IMG/VR virus record: IMGVR_UViG_2687453341_000008 | Strand: one strand, 5' to 3' | Source: a virus | Taxonomy: Duplodnaviria > Caudoviricetes | Length of the DNA: 64,000 bases | Shown here: piece by piece, positions 20,747 through 30,558 of the stretch | Position numbering within the stretch: position 1 is the first letter of the stretch | Layout: each line of letters begins with the position of its first letter | Translations under genes and position numbers: made by a program | Notes under the pieces: generated by a model | Database searches by the model: none | What the model was told of the DNA's origin: nothing | Seen by the model: the letters and a program-made list of their open reading frames with translations, nothing else

Positions 20747-21505
20747 TTATCCAATTGCGTAGTGAGGAATGCCGTCGAGCCTTACGGGCCAAACGTATTC
20801 GTATGTCCATGAGATTTCGCACTCTTCGAGCCGAATATTGCCAGTGCGGGAGCCACCACGAGGCCGAACTTCCCTGCCGATCTTTGGCTCCTCTGTTCGA
20901 AGCGCGAAAGGCCATATAGGTGGAGGGACCCTTGGGAAATCGCCACGCCCAACGGCACTGCCAGACTGGACGGCCGTGCACTTCTTGTGCGTTCGGGTTC
21001 GATGTCGCACGCCGCGACCAAAATTTACCTCTTTGACGTCCCATTCACCCCCGCCACCGTCGATTGAGAGGGACTCTGAGAAACGGATGTACTCTGGGGC
21101 CCCGACAACCGGTTGCATTACCGTGAGCTGAATCTGGAACTGCCGATAATTGACGTATTCGCCCCCGCGATAATTTGGATAGGCCAGCATGCGAGGCCGG
21201 ATCCCGCCGATCGTGTCCGCATTGCGAAACCAAACGGTCGATCGCGTGCCATCGTCATGGAGCATCCCAAAGTCCATCCCGGGCTGGGAGTACGCCAGCT
21301 CCATCTCTTGGATGATGGGATCAAGATATCGAGGCGATTCCAATCGCTTATTCCGCAGCCTACCTTCGATGTTGACATCGGTAACGGCGCGGTAAGGCAC
21401 TCCCGTCTCGTTTTCCTCAATCGAGGTCGATACGGTGATACCAGTGCTGTCCTGCCTATGACGGTAGTTGCCGTAAACGACTATCAACTTGGTCCCCTCC
21501 GGCAA
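20747..21505 (-). CDS. Probable distal tail protein
   Basis: 252-aa beta-rich ORF, first structural-looking gene after the tape measure and moron insert. Confidence 0.5.
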   Translation of the reverse strand: MPEGTKLIVVYGNYRHRQDSTGITVSTSIEENETGVPYRAVTDVNIEGRLRNKRLESPRYLDPIIQEMELAYSQPGMDFGMLHDDGTRSTVWFRNADTIGGIRPRMLAYPNYRGGEYVNYRQFQIQLTVMQPVVGAPEYIRFSESLSIDGGGGEWDVKEVNFGRGVRHRTRTHKKCTAVQSGSAVGRGDFPRVPPPIWPFALRTEEPKIGREVRPRGGSRTGNIRLEECEISWTYEYVWPVRLDGIPHYAIG

Positions 21506-21547
21506 CCAAGCTAGTCGTCCTTCTTGTTAAGCTTCAAACATAGGACT

Positions 21548-22213
21548 CTATGGGACCCTATGAAGCCTACCTACTTCGTAATTGATCACTCCCCGCACGG
21601 GAGATCGTACGGATTCAATGTCATTGTAGGATTCAGTTCGAATCAGGGCGAAGGCGTAGATTGACACATTCGGGAACTGGGTCCTCACCCTTGCGCACAT
21701 TCCGATAAAAGTGGAGCCTCTCGTGATTACATCGTCAACGAGAACGATTGACTTTGGGACCTGAAAAAGTTCGATCGCATTAGGGTCCAAAACTGTGGTT
21801 TCAAAGTGGACTTCAGGATCAGGTCGGCCACCCGGACCAGCGGTAGAGGATTTCGGAGCAGGTTTGTGACGACGCAGCAATCGAACCTTAGCGCCTAGAT
21901 TGTTCTTCGACAACTCGTCACAAATCACGTCAGACGGCCAAAGTGTACCTGGTTGCATCAAGCTGCTGCGAGGGACAGGAACCAAGATGCACTTCCTATC
22001 CAGAATCTCTCCGAGGAACGGAAACTCCTCGCGACTTTCGGCTACTCGGGTTGCCAGACGTTCTATGGAACGTATTCCCTGAATAGTCCCGTTGTTCTTT
22101 ACGCTGTAGCAGACGTTTCGCGATTGACCCGAAACATCAGACAGCCCTTTTGGCGAGTAAACCAAGTAAGAAGCAAATACCAATTTAGAGGGAAAAGGCG
22201 GCTGAGTGCTCAT
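21548..22213 (-). CDS. ComF-like phosphoribosyltransferase (ShosT-like toxin candidate)
   Basis: ILVPVPRSS and PRPP-binding IVLVDDVITRGST motif. Confidence 0.8.
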   Translation of the reverse strand: MSTQPPFPSKLVFASYLVYSPKGLSDVSGQSRNVCYSVKNNGTIQGIRSIERLATRVAESREEFPFLGEILDRKCILVPVPRSSLMQPGTLWPSDVICDELSKNNLGAKVRLLRRHKPAPKSSTAGPGGRPDPEVHFETTVLDPNAIELFQVPKSIVLVDDVITRGSTFIGMCARVRTQFPNVSIYAFALIRTESYNDIESVRSPVRGVINYEVGRLHRVP

Positions 22214-22943
22214 CTACGTCAATTTGCTTGGGAAGGCTGAGCATCAGGTCCACAACCGATTCTTCGTCTAGTACGATCGCCCCATAGTCGAGAAATTTTG
22301 CGGGCCATTCCAGTGATTGGTTTTCTACCTGCCATCGAGCCAAATAGAGCGGTCTCCCTAGCCTGAGCGCCTCCCAACCTTGGTGAAGAGAGCCGCTGCC
22401 GTCTGCCGCTTCGATGATCACAGTGGCGTGAGAGAGCAATGCCATCGTCCTGTTCCGCATGGGGAAGCAACTTGGAAAAGTCTTGCTTCCAATGGGGAAC
22501 TGCGAGACCAGAAGATGGTTAGTCGCAATCTCCTCCTGCAATGCTTTGTGCTTCGCCGGATAAGCCTTGTCGATGGGTGTTCCAATGACGGCGATGGTCT
22601 TCCCGCCATGGCTGATTGCCGATTTGTGGGCTGCCGCATCAATTCCTTCGGCCAGCCCGCTCACCACAACGAATCCTTGTTCGACTAGCATTTTCGCAAG
22701 TCGGGCCGCTCGCCCAATGCCGCCTTGGGACGCTTTTCGCGAACCAACAATGGAAACGCGACCATTCCCGTGAAGAAGTTGCGCGTCCCCCCTAACGAAT
22801 AATCGTTCCGGGGCATTTTTGATTTCGACGTCGTTCAACACACCCATCAGCTCGATGGGCGAGTACTCAGTGATCAAGTCACTTTCTCCACTTTGGCGAT
22901 GTTTTGAGCCACTTTCGCAGGAAGTTCGCCTGCTGCCATCCAA
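22185..22943 (-). CDS. dprA: DprA/Smf-family protein (ShosA-like)
   Basis: VSIVGSRKAS, VVSGLAEGIDAAAH, FPMRNRTMALLS, SGSLHQ motifs; true start may be downstream. Confidence 0.9.
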   Translation of the reverse strand: MDGSRRTSCESGSKHRQSGESDLITEYSPIELMGVLNDVEIKNAPERLFVRGDAQLLHGNGRVSIVGSRKASQGGIGRAARLAKMLVEQGFVVVSGLAEGIDAAAHKSAISHGGKTIAVIGTPIDKAYPAKHKALQEEIATNHLLVSQFPIGSKTFPSCFPMRNRTMALLSHATVIIEAADGSGSLHQGWEALRLGRPLYLARWQVENQSLEWPAKFLDYGAIVLDEESVVDLMLSLPKQIDVDEHSAAFSL

Positions 22944-23103
22944 ACCGTCAAGTTATTGTCCAGAACTCGCAATCCTTCCAGTCCTGACGGCAAATCCTGG
23001 CCAATCCCGCCGAGTTTTGGCCGCGTGGGACCAGATTTGTCTCTATTTTAGCTGAAATCGGACGTCGAATCCTTAAGTGCGGAAGGAACTTCCAGGCACC
23101 CTC

Positions 23104-23559
23104 CTATCCTGCACGACCAGCCGACTCGCGAACTCGGATGTCATTTAGAATGGCTTGTTCGTCGTAAACTGTCGGAGCACCTTCAGGCCGGCCGACTGAG
23201 TAAGACGCTCGACCGACATTCAAGGCAAACGTCTTTGCTGCTACGCTTCCACCGCTTGCCGCCACAGCTTTCAGTGCTAAGTCGTAAACGGGTCTTGCAA
23301 ATTGTGGAAATGCCTGGCAGATCTGAATAAGCTCCTTCTGTGACAACTCACAATCTGGAGACTGCTCCAATTTCGCGGCCAAAACCGGCAGCCTCTCTCG
23401 CGCCATCTTTAATCGGCGTGCCTCGTCCGCGCTGGCTTCGCTACTTTTTTTGCTATCACGAATAACGATGGCAACTAGAACACCTACGATTACGAAAGCA
23501 CCTAGAACAACAAACAGCATGGCAACAGCAATCGGTACTGGAGTAATGGCGACTTGCAA
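23104..23559 (-). CDS. Single-pass membrane hypothetical protein (moron)
   Basis: N-terminal hydrophobic helix followed by a soluble helical domain. Confidence 0.6.
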   Translation of the reverse strand: MQVAITPVPIAVAMLFVVLGAFVIVGVLVAIVIRDSKKSSEASADEARRLKMARERLPVLAAKLEQSPDCELSQKELIQICQAFPQFARPVYDLALKAVAASGGSVAAKTFALNVGRASYSVGRPEGAPTVYDEQAILNDIRVRESAGRAG

Positions 23560-23661
23560 TGCAAATCACAAGGAAAGGGGCGGTTCACGGCCCAACTAGC
23601 TAAGAGGTCATTGTATTTACCACGCTTCGCGACCGCGATAGGGGTCATTTGAAAAGCTTGC

Positions 23662-26388
23662 CTATTGCTTTTTCAGCCTTGACTCCATCACCTTTGACTG
23701 GAATGCAGCTGCTTTGTCCTGCTGCATCTTTTGAGTGATCTGTTGTGTGATGGTTTCGACTTTCTTATCCATGATCTTGCTTGCCTCGTTCACAACGGAA
23801 TCCACGATCGCTCCTTCATCCATCTTCACCGACACGCTGACGTCGTAGCTCGCTTGCAACTGCGCTTCGAGGACCGATTTCGTTGTCGCGATCTGTTGCT
23901 TCTCGGCTTCGATATCTCCTCCGAACTTCTGGGAGAAGCCAAGCTCTTCCTGCTTGTTCATGTAGTACTGGTCCACAAATCTTGCCGTTTCCTCAGTGCC
24001 AACGCGAGACAACAAATCTTTCTCTTCGCGTCCTAGCGATTTACCTCCCTGTGCTCGCGCCTTCTCGATAGCTGCATCTGCTTGGGCACGCTCCAGATCG
24101 GTCATATCTACATAGGCTCGGCCTGCATTTCGGCTCATTTCTTCAAGCCGCTGCATACGAGTCGTCTGTATATCGAGCTGCGATCGAATCTCCTGCTGCA
24201 ATCCCTGCTCGGCAGCTAACCGTTCCGCCGCTGTTTGCGACTGGATCTGCCTTTGCTTGTCGAGACTGCCTATTAGCATGTCATTGAGGTAGTTCGCATG
24301 CTCGTAAGCGTCATTTAGCTCATCGGCCGACGCGACTCCGTTCGTTTCCAACTCGGCAATCTTACTTTCCTGCTTGGCAATCGATGCGCGTATTGTCGCC
24401 TGAATCTCCAATTCGCTGGTAAGCTGCTTGACGCCCTTGGATGCCGCAAGCTCCGACTGGTCTTTCAGGTTGTCAACAATCCCCGCTTGCAAGGCTACAA
24501 TTTGCGACTTTGCATCCCCCACCGCTTGCATATCCAACGCATACCCAGCATTGAACTGCTCGATGATCTTTTGCTGCTTTGCAAGGTCAGCGGAATCGAT
24601 CGACAAACTAACCCCTAGCTCAAGACCATTGAGGTTATTTGCCGTTTGAGCCTCGTAAGCCTGTCGGCCCATGTCGGTTTTAGCCGACAACTGAATTCTT
24701 GATGTCTCATATCCTGCATCCCTCTCGATTCCCGCCATTTCATCGCTGAGCTTATCTTGCAGAATCCTCCGGTTTTGAGCATCAGTGATACGCTTCGTAG
24801 CGATATTGCTGTCAGTCAATGACGAGATATCACCGATGACCGGTGCTAAGCCGGAAGTTCCAGGAAGGGCCTGCAGACCATTGTTGACACCGCGGCCTGC
24901 GATTCCCTCCATCGCCCAAGCGCCCGTTGAGGCCAGCCAAGTGCCAGCCCGACCCGACATGGACTTCGGATTACCAGTTTCACCTTGAAACATCTCCTTG
25001 TACCCGATTACGGCGCCTGTTGCTGCCGCTACAGCACCCGCCAGCAACAGGAACTTGGTAGCCAATCCCGCTGTCGCTACCGTCCCCAGCATGCCGGCCC
25101 CACCAGTTGCTGCTCCTCCTGCAGCACCAACAACTCGTCCACCAACGTTTCGAGCTACACCCCCTGAAACACCCATCGCAGGCATCGTGTTTCTTGCCGC
25201 TCCCAGATTCGCATTTGCAACCGCAGCAGCATTTGCCAATACAGCTTCCTGAACCAACGCCGCGTGGTAGGCTCGCATTTGTGCAAACCGAGTCGTCTGC
25301 AGCGCCTGCTCCACCATTTGGAGTTTTGTAGCAGTTTCAGTCGCTTTCGAAATGGACTTCCATCCCTTGGATACCGCTTCAAGCATATCGACACCACCTT
25401 CGAAGATGTCGAATAGCCCCTGGATCACAGCCATGCTTTGCATGAACTTTTGAGTGTTCTCCTCGGTCATCAGACCGAGCTCAGCAAACCCCTTTACCAT
25501 TTGAAGCGAAGATCGCAAACCTTTCACGGTTGCTTGATCGACCTGCTCTTGAGCCTCTTTATGGGCATCCCGATAGCCCTTCACCGAGGCTTCGGCTTTT
25601 GCCATATTGGCCTGGATTTTCTCCGCCGCCGTGCCCTCCTTGGCAATGTACCCTTCGACATCGTTCGCCATCGCAGCGTAAGCTTCCGACGCGGCAACCA
25701 TCCTCGCTTCGTACTCTTCGCGAATCTTCTGCGTGACTTGCTGCTCCGCTGTCGGCAACTTGTCGATCGACTCTTCGATGATCTGCGAGACCTTCGCAAG
25801 CTCCTCTTCCGCAATACCCGACAGTTCGTCGAGGACATTCCGCATAGCGGGTGTAAGCTCATCGGTGAACCGAAGAGCAATCGGATCTCCCGCCTTGCCC
25901 CTCGCTTTATCGATATCGTCCCCAGCGTCCATCGCCGCGCTGGATGCATTTTCGAGCCCGCGTTGCAGGTCCTGCAGCGAAGGACCGGTGTCTTTGACAG
26001 CAACTCCCAAGTCCTTTACGGAGCCGGCAGCTACACCCACTCCGGATCCAGCCATTGCCCCAAGCGAACTCATCTCGGACGCAGTAGACGGCGAGGCACC
26101 GACCCCAGCGCTCGGCAATACGCTCGCTTCGGCCCGGATGCGACTCATCGCGGATCGAATCTGCGAGGCCGTTTCGACTGAGCTATCTCGGAAGGAAATC
26201 AACTGAGCGTTGAGCCCCGTCATCATTCCTTTGACAGACTCAGCCGTGACACCAATCGCCGCGAGTCCGCCTTGCATCCTTGCTTGGCTTTCCTCCACGG
26301 ACTGAGCCAGCTTCTCGATACGTTTGCCTGTCTGTGGGTTCTCAATGACGCCCACTTCAAACAATACGGAATCATCATCAGCAGCCAT
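23662..26388 (-). CDS. Tape measure protein
   Basis: 908-aa Ala/Gly/Gln-rich helical protein directly downstream of chaperone pair. Confidence 0.85.
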   Translation of the reverse strand: MAADDDSVLFEVGVIENPQTGKRIEKLAQSVEESQARMQGGLAAIGVTAESVKGMMTGLNAQLISFRDSSVETASQIRSAMSRIRAEASVLPSAGVGASPSTASEMSSLGAMAGSGVGVAAGSVKDLGVAVKDTGPSLQDLQRGLENASSAAMDAGDDIDKARGKAGDPIALRFTDELTPAMRNVLDELSGIAEEELAKVSQIIEESIDKLPTAEQQVTQKIREEYEARMVAASEAYAAMANDVEGYIAKEGTAAEKIQANMAKAEASVKGYRDAHKEAQEQVDQATVKGLRSSLQMVKGFAELGLMTEENTQKFMQSMAVIQGLFDIFEGGVDMLEAVSKGWKSISKATETATKLQMVEQALQTTRFAQMRAYHAALVQEAVLANAAAVANANLGAARNTMPAMGVSGGVARNVGGRVVGAAGGAATGGAGMLGTVATAGLATKFLLLAGAVAAATGAVIGYKEMFQGETGNPKSMSGRAGTWLASTGAWAMEGIAGRGVNNGLQALPGTSGLAPVIGDISSLTDSNIATKRITDAQNRRILQDKLSDEMAGIERDAGYETSRIQLSAKTDMGRQAYEAQTANNLNGLELGVSLSIDSADLAKQQKIIEQFNAGYALDMQAVGDAKSQIVALQAGIVDNLKDQSELAASKGVKQLTSELEIQATIRASIAKQESKIAELETNGVASADELNDAYEHANYLNDMLIGSLDKQRQIQSQTAAERLAAEQGLQQEIRSQLDIQTTRMQRLEEMSRNAGRAYVDMTDLERAQADAAIEKARAQGGKSLGREEKDLLSRVGTEETARFVDQYYMNKQEELGFSQKFGGDIEAEKQQIATTKSVLEAQLQASYDVSVSVKMDEGAIVDSVVNEASKIMDKKVETITQQITQKMQQDKAAAFQSKVMESRLKKQ

Positions 26389-26768
26389 CAGTGCACCTTT
26401 CTCGCCTTCTTCTGAGCTCGTCTCATGAGTTTCGCCTTAGCCAACTCGAACACGTTGTCGATCAAGCGGATATTACGCTGCGTGACAGGACAGTCCAACA
26501 AACGCGAACGCATCGTTGGGCACGACTTGTAGCGATGATAGAAGTCCAGCATGAGCCGATTCTCCAGTCGCAGCCGCAACCGCCGACCGTTTTCCGGGCT
26601 CTTCTTCGGGCAACTGCTACATGGAGGATCTCCCTGTCTAAGAACAGGAAGCATCTTTCCGTCCTCTCCTTCGTACTCGTTGACCTTTCCGGTCTTGAGA
26701 TTGAACGAGTACTTCTTGCAAGCATTGCAATCGATCTGGGCTGTCCTCGGGTAGAGGAGCTCGAACAA
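26388..26768 (-). CDS. Tail assembly chaperone, frameshift extension (gpT-like)
   Basis: In -1 frame relative to upstream ORF, reached through A AAA AAC at 26789-26783; CxxC pairs. Confidence 0.7.
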   Translation of the reverse strand: MFELLYPRTAQIDCNACKKYSFNLKTGKVNEYEGEDGKMLPVLRQGDPPCSSCPKKSPENGRRLRLRLENRLMLDFYHRYKSCPTMRSRLLDCPVTQRNIRLIDNVFELAKAKLMRRAQKKARKVH

Positions 26769-26779
26769 CAGCCCTTTCT

Positions 26780-27277
26780 CTAGTTTTTTCGGAGGTCCCC
26801 GACGATCACATCGCTGATCGGCCGCCCTTCCGCCACGGCACGTGCCATACGATCGAGGTCCTCTGCTGTTTGATCAACAGTGAGCTTAGGATCCTCATCC
26901 CCACCATCGAAGCCCCACACCACGGTATTGATCATTCGCAGAAACAACGGCGGTTTGAGCCGCAAGACCTTCGCCTTGGATATTGGCATTGGGACTTCCG
27001 TATCGCCAACCTTCTCCACCAGCGACCATTCGGTGATCCGTCCTGCAATCACGCCTGCGAACATCTCTTCGACTTCTCGCTCCGCCTTCCGCTCCTTGAA
27101 CTCGACAAGGATCGCCCGTTCGAGAATTTCAATGGGCCTATAACGAAACCGCACCTCGCGATGGATACGAGGTGCGGGCTTGTAAAAGATGGGAATCGTG
27201 TAACCGTCATCCTCAGGGAGATAATCGAGAAGTTCCTGAGGTCCGTTCGTGCTACTCGGAATCGGCTGGCTTGTCAT
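26780..27277 (-). CDS. Tail assembly chaperone (gpG-like)
   Basis: Between tube and tape measure; ITEWSL motif; ends CGA AAA AAC TAG. Confidence 0.75.
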   Translation of the reverse strand: MTSQPIPSSTNGPQELLDYLPEDDGYTIPIFYKPAPRIHREVRFRYRPIEILERAILVEFKERKAEREVEEMFAGVIAGRITEWSLVEKVGDTEVPMPISKAKVLRLKPPLFLRMINTVVWGFDGGDEDPKLTVDQTAEDLDRMARAVAEGRPISDVIVGDLRKN

Positions 27278-27464
27278 CGGCTGGCTTTGCAATCGTTTGA
27301 ATGATGAGAGTCGACGATCCTTCATCCTTTTCATACGACAAGGAAAACTCGACCTTCCCGCAGGCCAGAGCATTGTTCAGGGACGTCACCAACTCCAGTG
27401 CCTCTTTGAGGTCGGAGTGTTTTCTGTTGTCGCCCTTATACTCAATTAACTTTTTCACTTTCAA
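27252..27464 (-). CDS. Small hypothetical protein
   Basis: 70-aa ORF filling the gap between tube and chaperone genes. Confidence 0.5.
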   Translation of the reverse strand: MKVKKLIEYKGDNRKHSDLKEALELVTSLNNALACGKVEFSLSYEKDEGSSTLIIQTIAKPADDKPADSE

Positions 27465-27488
27465 ACCTCGCTGGCTTCGGATGTGGAA

Positions 27489-28418
27489 CTAAACGGTGTC
27501 ATCCAACGTGATGACCAAAGGTGAATCAACCGCTGGATCAGCTCCCGCGGCCAGGACGGCTTCCCACGTGTATTGATTCGTGACTCGAGTGTTTCGACCA
27601 CCAACCTCGGGTACCGCAGGAATGGCTTTAAGCGCTGGAAACGAGAAAGCGATACTCATCGTCGGAGACGAGTAGACTACCTCAGCGGCGATAGGCCCCG
27701 TCAAGTTCGTGAGCGCCACGTCGTTGGTGTCGTCGAAGGGAGTCGTGTGAATCAACTGGATCATTTGCCCATCTGACGGGAAGTCCCCACGGTACCGACT
27801 GTTGTAGAACTCGTCGGCAAGCACCATGTTGTCGATCACAATCTGAGCGTCTTTCATCCGTCGCACTTGACCGTTTACCGTCAACGTCGACGAGGAATGA
27901 ACCAAAGGCTGCGATGTAGCTAGATTCAAGCCAGTTGGCCAGCCGGTCGAAGCCGCCTTGGTCTCTTGCGTCGCTTCGATGTCCATCGCTACTTGAAGCA
28001 GTCCGCCAGCCGCATCGCTGGAGGAGAAAGTCGCCTTTGCCACAATGCAGTCAATGTAGGTGTACATCTGCTGCACAACATAATCGACGTGCCCCACCCG
28101 GAAGAACGGGCAAGCCGCCCCGGCTTTGATCACGTTCCCAGAGAATGCGGTCCCGAGGATGATCGGTAAGAACCAACGCGCGTCCGTTGGACGGACATTG
28201 AAGGAAACCGAGCCGCTAACACGAGTCTTATCGACCACGAAATCTTCGGCCCGATAGTGAAGTAAACCGGAAACACCTTCATCCTTCGCTTCATTGGTTT
28301 GGCCCTTCAAACCAAAGTTGAGCGCGGCGATCCGATTGACCAAGCCCGTCGATCCGCTGTTGGAAAATGCAAAAGCGTGTCGCCTGGAGGTATTGGCTGT
28401 GCAGTTCGTTGCTGGCAT
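27489..28418 (-). CDS. Major tail tube protein
   Basis: 309-aa beta-rich protein in canonical position; ends ITLDDTV. Confidence 0.7.
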   Translation of the reverse strand: MPATNCTANTSRRHAFAFSNSGSTGLVNRIAALNFGLKGQTNEAKDEGVSGLLHYRAEDFVVDKTRVSGSVSFNVRPTDARWFLPIILGTAFSGNVIKAGAACPFFRVGHVDYVVQQMYTYIDCIVAKATFSSSDAAGGLLQVAMDIEATQETKAASTGWPTGLNLATSQPLVHSSSTLTVNGQVRRMKDAQIVIDNMVLADEFYNSRYRGDFPSDGQMIQLIHTTPFDDTNDVALTNLTGPIAAEVVYSSPTMSIAFSFPALKAIPAVPEVGGRNTRVTNQYTWEAVLAAGADPAVDSPLVITLDDTV

Positions 28419-28508
28419 TGTTTCGGTCCCTTTGATCGCATGGATGTTTGGATCAAATTCCGATAAGGCTCCGCACGCTTCAAACTGCCTGCCATCCTCC
28501 CTTGTGGG

Positions 28509-28919
28509 CTATTCGGTCCCCGAACATGTCGGTCCAATTCCGCTCGCCACCGAATCGGGGTCGCTGAGTAATCGATTACAACGCCGGCAACGTCCTTCAA
28601 ACGAGAACTCCACACGGTCAAGGAACTTTTGCGGATCTTGCAGGGCAGCCGCCACCCAGACATAGAACGTCTGCCCCTGGTGCTTCTTCCAAAGATAGAC
28701 ACGACCATCGTCTCCGATCATGCCGAAGCTGCGATAGTCGCTCTCGTTGTCGGGACCTTGCAGCAGCTCTACTACCCTCTTTCCGGGCACGAACTTGGCA
28801 TCTTGCTTCATCGTCCGTATCCGGAACGTTCGATGCTCCCCCGTCTTCATCGACTTCATCGTAATGATGCCGTTGTGGGTCTTGATCTCGAACGGCTTGG
28901 TAACGGTATCGACAGACAT
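28509..28919 (-). CDS. DUF6011-like zinc-finger protein
   Basis: GRCRRCNRLLSDPDSVASGIGPTC signature. Confidence 0.75.
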   Translation of the reverse strand: MSVDTVTKPFEIKTHNGIITMKSMKTGEHRTFRIRTMKQDAKFVPGKRVVELLQGPDNESDYRSFGMIGDDGRVYLWKKHQGQTFYVWVAAALQDPQKFLDRVEFSFEGRCRRCNRLLSDPDSVASGIGPTCSGTE

Positions 28920-28989
28920 GTTGACTCTCCATTGGTAAGCGCTTCACCAATAAAGACCGGAAACGCATCCAATTTGGTTTCCGTCCGAG

Positions 28990-29721
28990 CTAGAGCATCC
29001 CGTCTTTTTGCTCGCCAACGGCAGTGAACGTCATGAACGAAACATCCATTCCCTGCCCCCAGGCGTTGTGATCGGTCACAGCACCAGGCTTCGCTTTGAC
29101 CGTGTGGATCTCTGGAACATCCGGTAGCGGAACCGACTCGATCGAGTTGAACAGATCCTCCCGGGCGACAAGCAGCTCACTGAGCTTACCCCTCAGCGAA
29201 TTACTACCCTTGAGATAGAAGATCACGTTCACGGTATACTCCACCGAGATGAACGAATTATCTTCCCCGCTGATTTCTTCCGCCGTCGGGATGTAGAAAA
29301 CACATTCATCTGACCCACGAAGCATATCCTTGAGCTTCGCGCCCACCTTGGCGATCTGGTGACTCGATGGATCTGCCGGTACGCCTGGCAGCCCGAGCGA
29401 CAACACGAACTCTCGAACCGCCTCCAGCACTCGTTCATAGAGCGACACCGCCCCGTTCGTGATTCGGAATACACTCGGCGTCGTGAACGCGACGTCCGTA
29501 CCATTGATTGTAGCTAGATGTGCGATGTAGCAACCGACGACACCCGCAAACGCAACACTGCCGTTGCCGGCCCGGCTTCCAACTGGTGCGAACGAGCGAT
29601 CGGTATTGCTACCCATGAACCGACTCACAAAAACGGTATGGTTATCACCAACAGCCGATCCTGTGACGACGAACACCCCGCCAGTTCCGTCTTGGTTGTC
29701 CGTAAATGCTAAGCTTGCCAT
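28990..29721 (-). CDS. Probable tail terminator/completion protein
   Basis: Position between virion morphogenesis gene and tube gene. Confidence 0.5.
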   Translation of the reverse strand: MASLAFTDNQDGTGGVFVVTGSAVGDNHTVFVSRFMGSNTDRSFAPVGSRAGNGSVAFAGVVGCYIAHLATINGTDVAFTTPSVFRITNGAVSLYERVLEAVREFVLSLGLPGVPADPSSHQIAKVGAKLKDMLRGSDECVFYIPTAEEISGEDNSFISVEYTVNVIFYLKGSNSLRGKLSELLVAREDLFNSIESVPLPDVPEIHTVKAKPGAVTDHNAWGQGMDVSFMTFTAVGEQKDGML

Positions 29722-30176
29722 CGATTGTCCTTTCTGACTTTCGCCCGAATCTTCCTTTTCACCTCAGCAACAAGTGCGACTCGATCACTCCGATGCAGGT
29801 AGAAGAACTGACGCCGCGGGATCTTCCTCGTTCCGAACTGGTGCTTACCGAAATAGGGAATCGACCGGCTGTTGATACCAATGTGGTAAGTCATTTTCTT
29901 GGGAGCCTGAAATCGCTTCTGATAGGAACCAGCCCCGCCTGCCGCAGCCGCTCGCATTTTTCCGGTCAGTATCAACAATGGGTGTGGCCCATGACGCAAA
30001 ATCGTGAGATCCGAATGAACCGGCCAAGCAGCACCCTTGGAATCCTCTTGTCGATCGAAGTTTTCGTCCACACTTTCCCTGACCAACTCGACCGCCCGCT
30101 TGAGCGGTTCTTCTTGCCTGCTGAAATCGTACTTCGCCAGCTTTCGCAGCTTCTTCGCAAACTCGAGCGCTTTCAT
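29709..30176 (-). CDS. Virion morphogenesis protein (Mu gpG / P2 gpS-like)
   Basis: NFDRQEDSKGAAW, LILTGKMR, PYFGKHQFGT.KIPRRQF motifs. Confidence 0.8.
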   Translation of the reverse strand: MKALEFAKKLRKLAKYDFSRQEEPLKRAVELVRESVDENFDRQEDSKGAAWPVHSDLTILRHGPHPLLILTGKMRAAAAGGAGSYQKRFQAPKKMTYHIGINSRSIPYFGKHQFGTRKIPRRQFFYLHRSDRVALVAEVKRKIRAKVRKDNRWQA

Positions 30177-30556
30177 TGCTGCTCCAACCCCTCAGGCTGA
30201 ATCGTTGGCGTGCACGTGCATACGAACCGAGTACCCATCAAGTTATTGAGCACCGAATCCAATCGCACCCACAGATCGAGCCGATGCGTTTCCGAGACGA
30301 TATGCAGCACATCGTTCTCCTCAACACGCCATTCCTCCAACTCCAGTTCGTAGAGATGAACCTTATAGAGGTAGATCGTCCGGGGCCCCATCTCGCTTCG
30401 CTGCTCGACATAGGACGCATCTTTGAACCGCACGCACGGCACGGCCTTGCTGTCAGAAACGCCACCGTCTGCATTCACCCGGTAGATCGTCGCCGACACG
30501 TCACGCATGCCCGGTATCATGCGATGACGCGATTTGAGCCATTCTCGATCAATCAA
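30173..30556 (-). CDS. Probable head-closure protein
   Basis: 127-aa beta-rich ORF immediately after the adaptor gene. Confidence 0.5.
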   Translation of the reverse strand: MIDREWLKSRHRMIPGMRDVSATIYRVNADGGVSDSKAVPCVRFKDASYVEQRSEMGPRTIYLYKVHLYELELEEWRVEENDVLHIVSETHRLDLWVRLDSVLNNLMGTRFVCTCTPTIQPEGLEQQ

Positions 30557-30558
30557 AG

